DNA of 64,000 nt from Tubiluchus corallicola (Eukaryota; Animalia; Priapulida). The DNA lies in the NCBI GenBank assembly GCA_030141605.1, contig JAQGDQ010000190.1:350638-414637 (forward strand), given 5' to 3'. Each line of letters starts with the position of its first letter. Within the stretch, counting starts at the first letter, position 1. This document shows, piece by piece, positions 51,879 to 64,000 of the stretch. Under the pieces are notes generated by a model. It searched no databases. It had not been told where the DNA came from and saw only the letters and a program-made list of their open reading frames with translations. The position numbers and the translations under genes are program-made.

Positions 51879-52889
51879 ACAAAACAATGTATATTTTATA
51901 AATGTTCTTTATAAATAAACAAACAAATGAATAAATAAATAAATAAACAAATAAGCAACGCCGTGCTTTTCTATTGTGTATGGCGAGCCTTTGTAATGCT
52001 TTTAATACAGCCTCATGCTTCTGTAATATAATAAACTTTTATTATTAATGTAAGTCAGTGGAACGATAATTGTACTATTTATTTACTTCTTGGGTTTACC
52101 GGTATATAGCCAGTTAGTCAAATAAACCAATTAACCAATGATAATTTAAGTGGTCAGTTTCAGCGGAAAAAGAGTTTCTCTTTGTGCTTTGTTACTGGGG
52201 CGCAGTGAACATTGCGATACACAGGATTGCAACTTTACTTACTAATATTGTGTTTAGGAATGAAATTTGCCAGTTCTCTTTAGCATGGTATAATAAATGC
52301 CGATGCAAGTCTTATCAAGTCTGTAGTGGAGTTCCTATGTTTTTTACGACTCGTGCCTGGGTTAAGTATCAGGAAATACGTGAACCAATTGACTGAAGCG
52401 GGAATATAGCTAAAGGCAAATAAGCACTGCGTTATTGTTGTCAGGCGATAATTTTCTCGAGTTCAAGTTGGAAAATTGCCTGTCTGTTTGTCTATCCGAA
52501 TCGACTGTTATTTTTTGTTTTACTGGAAGCGAGTCATGAAACGAGGAAGTTTAGAACCACAGCTAATGAAACACGCAAAGGCTTATTGAAGACATTATCG
52601 TTTTCACGATACACAGTGTCGCAGGCGAACACAACCAGGCGCCAGTCGTAAAGGTGTTTTTATATTAATTTTATAGTACAATGACCGCGCAGTTACCAGT
52701 CACTGAATTTTGTCAAAACTAAGAAGGCCATAGCACAAAAGTCGTGTACTGTTGCCCAAGATGTGTCGCCAAAGTTTGTGTTATCTGTGCTTCTTAAATG
52801 ATTTGGAAATGCTGCATTTTCTGTTTGTGTGCACTGTTTGCACAGAATTACATATCCGGTAATAAACTTTTGTGAAACAATTTGTTACA

Positions 52890-52956
52890 ATGTGGCAATT
52901 TCAAAGGATAGATTTAAAACTTTTTATTTTACGTGTGGTGTTTCTTGGCCTTATAG
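52890..52956 (+). CDS. Divergent class C GPCR exon 1 (signal peptide MWQFQRIDLKLFILRVVFLGLI); CDS join(52890..52956,53382..53573,54837..54959,55376..55524,56398..57270,57852..59366), 972 aa
   Basis: ACAATG start, hydrophobic leader, and donor G|GTGAGT (phase 1) matching exon 2. Confidence 0.65.
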
Positions 52957-53381
52957 GTGAGTTATTACTTATGGTTAGCGCCAGTTTCTTATATTTACTA
53001 TTATCTCTATTTGTGTGACTTTGTAAACTGGGAAGAGATTTCAGGATTGCAACTCCGAATTCCGTTTGTTCTTTTCATATTGTGCTTTTGCACTATTACT
53101 GTTTACGTTATTATTTCTAAATGAGTTTTAATTGTATTTACCTTGTATGTGATTAATATGAGTAAAATGATTTCATTAATTGAAATTCATTATGTTAATT
53201 TGCTACTTAAACTGTTTCGTCTTGATATTTTAAAAAATCACAATGCAAAAGAATAAATTCAATTTACGAGATAAGTTTAGCCATAGCTAATTGATTAATG
53301 TTTGCAATGTATGATGATAGAGAACGTATATATCTGTTTTTATACATGGTGTTTTAATAACTATGTTATTTTTCTTTACAG

Positions 53382-53573
53382 CTAGTTCGTGCGGCAACGG
53401 CAGCGGCGTTACTGTGTTGAGTCAGCCATCAGACTACAACATTGCAGTGTTGCTAGATTTGCATTTTAGCAAAAATGGTAGTTGCGATGGTGACTTGAAT
53501 GTATTTGCAGGACAGGAGTACATAGGAGCTCAATATGGCCTTAATGTAGTACGAGACAAGTTCCCGGGTTTTG
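53382..53573 (+). CDS. Class C GPCR exon 2 (start of the Venus-flytrap domain)
   Basis: Acceptor TTTCTTTACAG, donor G|GTAAGT. SDYNIAVLLDLHFS...C...AQYGLNVV...PGF resembles mGluR GD..IGGLFP.H...C...A..AID.IN...LPG. Confidence 0.8.
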
Positions 53574-54050
53574 GTAAGTACGAAATTACACTAGAGGGTG
53601 TGACGAAATAACTCATCCAGAAACGTAATTTTGTTATTGTTAATTTTAACGATTGACATAATTGCGCGTGCGTTTAAAAAACGAAATGTTTGTATTGCAT
53701 TTTTGGTGATGTTTCTACAGAAAGTACGCAATTGCAGTTTTCACACTAGGCAAATAATCGTGACTGGAATCAAACAGGAAGTGACCTTTAATTAACTGAA
53801 TAAAAGTAAGTCAAGAAAATATTAATTCTTCACCAAAAACTCGGTGATCTTTTGAAGTGGGATTAATTTCATTCACATGAAAATCAGAATTCTGCCCCAA
53901 ATCAAAATTCAGCTGAAATTCTTGTTTGCCAGATTTATATTTTCTCAAGTCGAGTCTTTATGTCAAAGATATTATAATTATATACCTTGTAGTACTTACT
54001 GTGTATGATTTGAACAATGTTTGTTTTAGGAACATTATTACTTAGTCATA

Positions 54051-54098
54051 CCATGGAGTTATATACTAATTATGAATTATTAGTGTATAGCTCCGTGG
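54051..54098. mobile_element. 48-bp palindromic mini-element flanked by a TCATA direct repeat
   Basis: TCATA|CCATGGAGTTATATACTAAT-tatgaatt-ATTAGTGTATAGCTCCGTGG|TCATA. Confidence 0.65.
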
Positions 54099-54409
54099 TC
54101 ATACCAACAAAATGTAGCATTAAAAAACGTTTCTGGTCAAGGTAATTGTTTGGTCTCAATGATTCAGAATATTACAACTAATTATACTAATTAAGGCAAC
54201 TTTCTCCGAGTAAGCAGTTATAACTGATAGACTGTGTGTGTATGTAGTTCCGTCTTTTCACATAACTGAACTTCAAATGATTACAGTTACAACAGCGTTC
54301 ATGTTCATGTTGCAGACTAACAGATGGTCAGTATGACTAGTCCGATACTTTTGTGAACGAATGAATAATTATTTCCATATTATCATTAATAATATGTAAA
54401 TTTCATTTA

Positions 54410-54712
54410 TAAATGAAAGAGTAAACAAATGAGCAAACGAATAAGCATAGCGCGAACGAAAGAATGTGCAAATAAAAACTAAATGAATGAATGAATGAAT
54501 AAATGATCCATTGATTGAATGAATGAATGAGTGAATGAGTGAATGAGAGAATGAATGAATGAATGAATGAATGAATGAATGAATGAATGAATGAATGAAT
54601 GAATGAATGAATGAATGAATGAGTGAACAAACGAATAAGCTCAGGGCGAACGAACGAATGTGTAAATAAAAACTAAATGACTGAATGAATGAATGAATGC
54701 ATGAATGAACGA
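54410..54712. repeat. (GAAT)n microsatellite with a duplicated flank of about 60 bp
   Basis: CAAACGAATAAGC...GCGAACGAA-GAATGTG-AAATAAAAACTAAATGA occurs near 54434 and 54628, on either side of the GAAT run. Confidence 0.9.
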
Positions 54713-54836
54713 ATAGCGTGCTAAATATTACATAAAGCATATAAATCACGTCCAGTTTGGTTTGCAAGGCGTTAATTAAAATAAATTCAATTTTTTGCTT
54801 GATTTGTGGAAAAACGTTATTATTTGTTTATTGCAG

Positions 54837-54959
54837 GCCTGCATTTTGTTGACACGTGTTCAAATCCAGAGCATAGTTTGTCAGCTACTCTTGACTTACT
54901 GCGTGGTTACGATTACACTGCTAGAGATGAGGGCCCGTCAAAAAATGGGATGTTGCTAG
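54837..54959 (+). CDS. Class C GPCR exon 3
   Basis: Acceptor TTGCAG|GC, donor G|GTATGA. GLHFVDTCSNPEHSLSATLDLL matches the class C motif LG..I.DTCS....AL. Confidence 0.85.
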   Translation, partial: ACILLTRVQIQSIVCQLLLTYCVVTITLLEMRARQKMGCC

Positions 54960-55375
54960 GTATGAATGCGCAATGCTTTGCCTTTTTTCAAGTTAGTTAG
55001 AATTTGAAGTTTTGAGTAGGCGCTTAGAGTTTAATGAAATCTTAACATGAGATAAACTTCCGGGTAGAGGGAAGACGAGCAGTAAAAAGCGTCACTTATA
55101 ATGGAGTCCATTTATCGTTCTGCAGAAAGTAGATCGTCTGAGCAGTCGATGATTATAAGGAAGTTCAGTGCTTTCAGTTTTTTCTGGAGGGCATTAATGA
55201 TTAGCAATTAGCGTCACTAAGATAAAGTAAACTAAGTAATTTTCACATCATTAGGTCACATCAAACTTTCTCCATGACTTCTTGCCAACATGTTTGACCT
55301 AGTTCTTCAGGAAGGGCATTTAATTATGTCTGTTTCTTAAATTTAAGGAACCACTTTTTTCTTCATTATTGATAG

Positions 55376-55524
55376 GAGTTATTTCTAAAGATTATGATGC
55401 AAGAACGAGTAAGATTTTAAATGCCATGGAAATACCTCACCTGTCTTTCGGCGAAAGCAACAATGGAAGAGATTTTCCTTTCCAAATTCAACGCTCACTC
55501 TATTCAGAACACTTACGGATACAA
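55376..55524 (+). CDS. Class C GPCR exon 4 (not in the ORF track)
   Basis: Acceptor ATAG|GA (phase 1), donor CAA|GTATGT (phase 0). Encodes GVISKDYDARTSKILNAMEIPHLSFGESNNGRDFPFQIQRSLYSEHLRIQ, comparable to GVIG...LL..F.IPQISY. Confidence 0.8.
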
Positions 55525-55767
55525 GTATGTACTTCTTATTAGGTTGCTTATTGTACACCAACGATATATTATTTACGAAAGGCTTTAAATGAAATAATAA
55601 CTAAATTTGTCCGTCTTATGCAAGTAAACATCTAAATATTAGTACCTGCTACCACTAATGCTGGTCGAAAAAGCCTATTTCATTGCATATCGTGGCACCG
55701 CTATATGGTATACTAGACTATATTTCACCAAACTGTTGTGCTATGCTGTGCTGTATTAGGTTATGTT

Positions 55768-55980
55768 GTACTACACTACACTACATTGCGCTACACCACA
55801 TTACACTACACTACATTACACTACACTACACTACGCTACACTACGCTACGCTACACTACGCTACGCTACGCTACACTACACTACACTACACTACACTACG
55901 CTACGCTACACTACACTACACTACACTACACTACACTACATTACACTACACTACACTACACTACACTACACTGCCTACAC
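55768..55980. repeat. (ACTAC/GCTAC)n pentanucleotide microsatellite
   Basis: Seen directly. Confidence 0.95.
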
Positions 55981-56397
55981 TATGCTACAATACATTATAC
56001 GACAGTACACTATTTTATACTACGCTACTCCACTACACTATGCTATATTACATTACCCTTTCAACTTATCTTACTGTAGTTCAACCCAGTAAACCTAAGT
56101 TGACGCATATATACCCAATTCAATTCAACTTTCAAACTTATATTGTTTTTTGTCTAATTCTGTCACGGAGATCTTGATTTTAGCAGAAATAAATTAACCA
56201 CAACGACTAGAATAAAGTCGATTTCAGCCGTTGTGTTAAATTGTTAAGTTAAGTGTTTTTAGTTATATTAAAGTTAGTTGTAATAAATTTTCAAGTTTGA
56301 ATTAATGGCATAATGGTGAAATGCAATCTTTGTTGGGACTCGAACACGAAGTTTAGCACGTTATTCAAGTTAAATGATCACATTCTCTGTTTTACAG

Positions 56398-57270
56398 GGT
56401 TTGGCTGCTTTAATCAAAGAATTGCAGGTAACAACCATTAATCTTCTGGTGTCTGCAAAGCAGCATTCAAGACTAGAAAATCTTTCTCGATTGTTGGAAC
56501 AACAGAACGTCTGTATTAAAAACTTGTTTATCTATTCTAAATCTGGTGTGAGTGAAAATTTCAGAAAGCCTGTGTCAATGCGTGGTTGCTTCATGTCAAC
56601 TAAGATCGTATCAGATCAGTCAAACCAGTTTTCTTTTCCTGCATCTACATTAGTTTATTATCTAAGTCAGGTTACTATGTATCCTCTAGTATCATTGTTA
56701 CACAAGGGTGAGTTGGAAAACGTATTTCGCTTGTTAGCAATCAGTAGTAGTTCTCCAGTGAAAACATTAACCTGGCTGCTGTGGAATGAGATGAACTTAT
56801 CAAATCACCCTGGTTATGAAGCAGAATCCATCGTTTATTTAAAAGAACGTAGACCGTTAATTACAGAAAAGTTTGACGATTTCTTTGTCAAGTCCATGAA
56901 CGAAGCTTCTAACGATTCCATAATAACGGGATATGTACAGCAAAAATGTTTAAATGGTGGTAGAAACTCTAGCCACCTATGTGGTGAAGTCCTGAACGAC
57001 GACCTTTCTTCAGCTCCAGGAAGGTATCATCAACACGTGAACTCAGTAATTCTAGCAGTGATGAGTTTTTATGTTAGTTTCCTGGATGTAATCTCGCCAG
57101 ATTGCCATCTATTAAACAAATGTGACTCGAGAATAATTTGGAATAAAAGTGATTTGCTCACTCGACTGAATTCAATTGCAGCAGAGGACCTATATAAAAT
57201 ATTTGATTTATACCGAGAGGAGGATAGCAATGCGGACGTAATGGTATGGCGAAATGAAAGCCTCACGAGG
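56398..57270 (+). CDS. Class C GPCR exon 5 (rest of the extracellular domain)
   Basis: Acceptor TTTTACAG|GGT, donor AGG|GTGAGT, 873 bp, phase 0-0. Contains NVCIK and VNSVILAVMSF (compare V.AVYA.A.ALH). Confidence 0.85.
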
Positions 57271-57851
57271 GTGAGTTCTTTTTCTTTTTCTAGGTTAAGC
57301 TTCGTCATATGTACCGAATTTACTTTGCAATACTGGTTGGAAAAACCGAAAATGGAATCCGGACATTGTTAACAGTTAGTCTGGTACAACCAGTTCCTTA
57401 TTTTAGTGTTTTTTCTAGTTTAAATTCGGTATCCAAAGTATGCAATAGCGAGAAAAAAATTACAGCCAAATCTTAACTTAAGTATTCGGGTTTTGAATTA
57501 AACATTTCTGGAGTGATATCTCTTTCGTTGAAGCGCAATACAAACGATTTAAAACTTAGTTGTTTTAAACTTGGTGCCACTTTCGCATTAGTAGTATGAC
57601 CTACACTTTTGACAGTCTGCTTTCTTAATTCTGTTTTTTTTTAAAGTAAAACATTACAAGTTTTTATTTTTATCGCTGGCATCAATCAATACACGTTTTA
57701 TAAATGACTGATTGTTGCACGTGGCGAATCTGTAATTAGCAGGAACGCACCGTAGAAATTTTAACAATTTTAAGCAAAGTTTTATCCTAATTTGAAATAA
57801 AAGCTTTTTATTGCATTTTCTTTTAGTATGGTTTGGTGTATTATGTTTCAG

Positions 57852-59366
57852 ATTGGAAATTTTAGCTTAGAACGGATAATTCTAGAAAAGACAGAGTTTC
57901 TACAGCTTTTGTCTGCAGTTGAACCATTTCGTAAAATAAGCTCCAGCAGCTCTACTTTTAGTGATTACTTTGGAAGTGTTGGGCAGAGATGGGAAACGAT
58001 TGTTATGCTTGCCTGTTTTGTGCTCGGGTTCATAGCCGCTGGAGGAATTCTGTTATGGGTACTCTGGACCAGTCGTGGCGATGGCTCTCCTGGTGGCAGT
58101 GATCTGTCCATCGCTCTTCTGGTCGCTATAATTCTGATGTATTTTTCTGGGTTTACACAAATGTTCACTACCTCCACATCCGAGTTTCCATCTTGGTGTA
58201 TTGTGCGGTATATATCTCGCCACATGTCATATACATTATGCTACGCCATTATAATGGCGCAAGTAATCCATTTACACAGCATAGCGAACACTGGGATTGG
58301 TGGTAGACTTAAAAACACTAATTTATGGATAACTATTATTGCAATTTCTGGTATCCAGCTTTCATTGTGTGTTCAGTTTTTAGTGATGGGAGGTAAGGTT
58401 TACGAAGAAAAATTCATTGATGGTGATTTAAAATGTGCGTGTGTCCATTACCAGGGAATATCCTTCTTATGTCACAACGCATTTAACATAATCGCTGTAC
58501 TCTTAACACTTTTCTGCACACTTTATGTTAAACTGTCTCTGGGAACCTGGGAAGAATTGATGTGGTACATATCTGTGTTGGTGTTAAACTGCATGATATG
58601 GTCTGTAACTGTTGGAACCCATTTTGCGGCAGCATCTGAGGATGGCATTATAGTTACTAGTGTATCAATGTTTCTTAACGCCTCTCTAACCCTCTGCGTC
58701 CTTTATCTACCTAAGCTGGTTCGAATACATCAGTTAAAATCAGACGAAGCAGATAGTGACTCGGTTGCAGATGAAAAAAGTCGCAGTTGGTGGGCGTTGA
58801 ACAACTCTTTACCTTTCTACTCGACTGTTACCAGTGAAGACTTTTTAACCTGGGCAAAGGACAGGGAAATGTCCGAAGCCAAGAATTGTAAAATAAAATC
58901 TTTAGACATCCAACAGAAACATGACGACATCGCCAGCCTCGTCACAAGTTGGTCATTGGAAAGTAGACCTCCTCCTTTACCAGAAAGAAAACGCATTTCA
59001 TCGCGTTCCGATTCACTCTTATGTCTCCCTCCCTCTGGACCAGATGTCACACTTACCGGACATCACCCTGTCCCAAAAAAGGAAACGGAAACAGAAAGCA
59101 AACAGGTGTGTCAGAGCCAGTTACTGGACAGAAAGAATGGGTCTACACCAGACTACCAAAGTACTTGTCTTGCAAACAATGAAAACCAGAATTTCAGTGG
59201 TCCTTTTCAAAGCAAGACAGAACCACCAAAACGACCACCGAAACCACAAGTTTTTCGTTGTGACAAGAAATTGATGTCAAGCAGCTCAAATCAATTGTTA
59301 AAATTAAAAGACAGAGAGAACAGCAGGTTTTGTAACTTCAATGAGACATGTGTGTTACATTATTGA
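57852..59366 (+). CDS. Class C GPCR exon 6 (7TM domain and cytoplasmic tail)
   Basis: Acceptor TTTCAG|ATT. Seven hydrophobic segments with class C hallmarks: LS..LL..I.LMY, C.VR...SYTLCYA.I, IQL....Q, and LYLPKL (the xPKxY-equivalent motif in TM7). Confidence 0.9.
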   Translation: MGNFSLERIILEKTEFLQLLSAVEPFRKISSSSSTFSDYFGSVGQRWETIVMLACFVLGFIAAGGILLWVLWTSRGDGSPGGSDLSIALLVAIILMYFSGFTQMFTTSTSEFPSWCIVRYISRHMSYTLCYAIIMAQVIHLHSIANTGIGGRLKNTNLWITIIAISGIQLSLCVQFLVMGGKVYEEKFIDGDLKCACVHYQGISFLCHNAFNIIAVLLTLFCTLYVKLSLGTWEELMWYISVLVLNCMIWSVTVGTHFAAASEDGIIVTSVSMFLNASLTLCVLYLPKLVRIHQLKSDEADSDSVADEKSRSWWALNNSLPFYSTVTSEDFLTWAKDREMSEAKNCKIKSLDIQQKHDDIASLVTSWSLESRPPPLPERKRISSRSDSLLCLPPSGPDVTLTGHHPVPKKETETESKQVCQSQLLDRKNGSTPDYQSTCLANNENQNFSGPFQSKTEPPKRPPKPQVFRCDKKLMSSSSNQLLKLKDRENSRFCNFNETCVLHY

Positions 59367-59795
59367 CATTTATATGAATTCAAAGCTTGAGATAGTTTGA
59401 CTCAGAACAGAGCTGCAAATTAGAAATTCCACCACTCCAATTCGTCATTTTATTATTTAGACGACATCTTATCAGTTTTTCATTCATTTGTAGTTTTTTT
59501 AAATTAGCGTGATAGGATTTCTAATGTGGTTTGCATTTGGATATGTGTAAGGTCTTGGAGCCAGCGTGCCTCTTGACTGTTAATCAGGTGATTCTAATGA
59601 TGAAATCAAATTTAATTTACGATTCCTACGCATTGTGAAATGGTGCTGTAATCTAGATAATATTTAAAATATATACCTAACCACTATTAGAATAAAATAT
59701 GTTGAAAGTTCACAAAACATAGACGACTTTTTTATTTTTATGTAATAACTTCATTTTTCTTTCTTTCTTTATTTCATTTAATTTAATCGTTAGAC

Positions 59796-60085
59796 TTAGA
59801 TTGGTTTTGCTTCGCTTTCGGTTTCTTTGTTCGCTGACTCTGTCTCTGCAGTTTCTAATTCATAACAAGCTTTGTCGTCACTTTTCTCATCTTCTTCTTT
59901 AAGATAGCACGCATCATCATCATCCTCGCACTGGCATTTCTCGGCGAATATTTGCTTCAATTCCTCATCCACATTTCCACATGTTCTTCGATAAACAGTC
60001 ATCGAAATGAACAACAGGAGCGCAGCACCCAAGTAACAGAACCACAGAATCATGGTAACCTGGGTGCCCATCTGCAGTACTACAC
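59796..60085 (-). CDS. Cytochrome b561/ferric-chelate reductase (FRRS1/DOMON-b561-like) terminal exon
   Basis: Acceptor TTCAG|GT (phase 1). Encodes GVVLQMGTQVTMILWFCYLGAALLLFI (TM) plus an acidic tail ending in TAA. Confidence 0.72.
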
Positions 60086-60544
60086 CTGAATTCAAAAGTC
60101 AGTAATTAAATTGAAACGTCTATTGCTTAATGTGCGTAATAGCTTAATATTGTAATGCGGTAATATTACTGAAGCGGATACTTGAAAGACGATAACAAAT
60201 GTGTGGTAGCATTTAGCTTGCAATTGAGTAGCTTTTTTATAAAAATAGTTAGCAAAAAAGTCGAGTTATGAGCTATAACAGCAGCTTTATGAAATGCTAA
60301 AGTCTATTCAGCTTTCGGCAATGTCCTATAGTAGTTGCATTTGTGTATTTCATAATAACTAGTATTTTAGCCGTTTGCCTGTTGGTTGTATCCAGTAAGT
60401 TGGACCTGCGATTGAAAAAAAAAATGGAGATATTAATAGATTAATACAATTGAAGGGAAAATAAACGACACCACTGGGCACAGCATACGCAGAAATAAAT
60501 TATGATGCCTAATAAATGAAGAAGCAGAATTTTTTGCCCATTAC

Positions 60545-60660
60545 CTAGAGAGATATTGACAAGGGCAAAAACCACGGCAATCCTGCCTGCTGTCATGTGA
60601 TACAGTTCCCAGGCTTTCCGTTGTTTACTACATGGCTCTCCTTTCACTGACTTTGGTCTT
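60545..60660 (-). CDS. Cytochrome b561/ferric-chelate reductase-like penultimate exon
   Basis: Acceptor TTGCAG|A, donor G|GTAATG. RPKS...RKAWELYHMTAGRIAVVFALVNISLG matches the b561 motif RP....R..W...H...GR......NI..G, which contains a heme-ligating His. Upstream exons were not found in the window. Confidence 0.78.
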
Positions 60661-62183
60661 CTGCAATAATTTCAAAACAATACTTATAAACAACAGGATA
60701 TTATTTACGACAATAACGACTGCAGCTGTATTCAATTTCCAGTAGCACTGATGTCTCTGGAAATCACCTTTCTAATTAACACAAACTGGCAAAATAAACA
60801 ATATGCAGCGTGTATTTGCTTATAAGAGTTCTTTCAGGCATTATTATCTAGATGACCTTTTGTCCATGGCCCAGTGTTGTGGCTTTTTTTCATTTTTGGT
60901 TTGATAATAGAGATATTATTAATTCGTAACCATGTAGTTTGTTGTTAGTTTGACAATGAGTGAACGACATCTAAATAGCCTGAGGTGAGGAAAATCTAGG
61001 TAACAGACAATGTAAGTTCAACAGACGATTAGAAAATAATAAAATTGTATAACATGTGCTGCTAAGCTCAGTGAACTCGGGTATGTTAAACTATTTATGT
61101 TTAACCCTATCGATTTTAAATAGCTGTGTTTAAATTGTTATTTTAGAAAAAGTGTTCATAACTTTAGTAATTCTGTAAGCCATGTTTTTCAAGTTTGAAG
61201 TACGCACAACACACACACACGCACACATTCACAGTAAATGACATGTATATCTTCAAGTCGCCTGCACAATGTTCATTTTCTCTTGATACGGTTTAGAGTT
61301 TTAGTTATTTAGATTAACTAGACACATAATTAAGATGTGTTTGCTTTTATTAAATGCTAAAATACTACTACTAAAATAATCAAGCAGTGCAGTCTAAGTT
61401 AAATGAAAAGCTTATACACAAAATCAAGTGTCAAGATCATTATATATGTTGTAATGACAATTCAAAACATTTTAAAGTATACTGCACTTATATCCCATAC
61501 CTACCAAAAGTTCAGCAAATAAAGAGATATTGAGAAAAGTAGGTCCCACCCAAAACAGTAGGCCTAACGTGCACTGAATTGCTGAACAGGAATCAGAGGG
61601 CTGAGAAGGGCTCGTGGAATGAGCAACGTATACTCGTGCCGACAGAAATCTCATCTGGAAACCATCATGGCGAGTGGCTATACACCTTGCTTGAGTGCAT
61701 TTGCAATTTCAGAATTGCACGTCTGGGTTTCGTTAATAGCTTCTTTATAGAGTCGACCAATCAGAAAGCGTTGACTTAAAATTTTAAACTACTCTTTTTA
61801 TGTAAGGCATGCAAACAGCACTGCAATCTGTAGTGCTTTCCATGTTAAGTTTTACGTTAGTAGTTAATGCGACCAGGCACGTAACGCCCTTTTTAGTGAT
61901 TATTTTCTACCCAAAATAAAAAAATATCGAGAAATAATTAAAGAAATGCGAATTCTGATTAGGGAAAGAAAAAAGAAAAGAAAATGAATTAAAGAATAAA
62001 AACTGTGATTAAGACATATCCCGAATAAATTAATTTAGTCTACCATACACAAACATGAAAGATTTATTTAATTATTCATAATCTTAATTTTAAAAGTATT
62101 ATTATTAATGATTTGTAATTATTTTTATTATATCAGTTTATCTTAGTTTTATCTGTAATTTCGTAAATATTTGTATATGCCTG

Positions 62184-63979
<1,796 letters not shown>

Positions 63980-64000
63980 AACTAGCCAAACCCCACAAAA

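Noticed and set aside
51215-51918. Gln-rich, Thr/Asn-rich and hydrophobic repeat ORFs
   Set aside because: Translations of the 45-bp minisatellite.
61472-61654. Candidate upstream exon of the b561-like gene
   Set aside because: No b561 motif (H..G...QP) and its possible donors do not give the phase 2 needed to join 60660.

Overview
AT-rich, intron-containing eukaryotic DNA, most likely from an invertebrate animal (species not determinable). I reconstructed five protein-coding genes from GT-AG splice sites and phase-consistent exons: (1) a PRRT3/PRRT4-like multi-pass membrane protein (+, 2 coding exons, about 460 aa); (2) a TMEM47/PMP22-claudin-family tetraspan protein (-, 4 exons, 204 aa); (3) a single-exon GT31 beta-1,3-galactosyltransferase (+, 419 aa); (4) a divergent class C GPCR that appears to lack the cysteine-rich domain (+, 6 exons, 972 aa); (5) the last two exons of a cytochrome b561/ferric-chelate reductase-like gene (-, 5' part probably beyond the window). 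The rest is repeat-rich: mini- and microsatellites (the source of most long ORFs in the track), tRNA-derived SINEs, LINE 3' remnants, several hairpin MITEs and a probable head-to-tail Helitron at the right end. The most striking non-coding signal is a minimal hammerhead ribozyme at about 7327-7360, at the end of a long inverted repeat, as in Penelope-like retroelements or retrozymes. There are no CRISPR arrays, rRNA genes or convincing intact tRNA genes. All family assignments come from motif recognition by eye, not from database searches.
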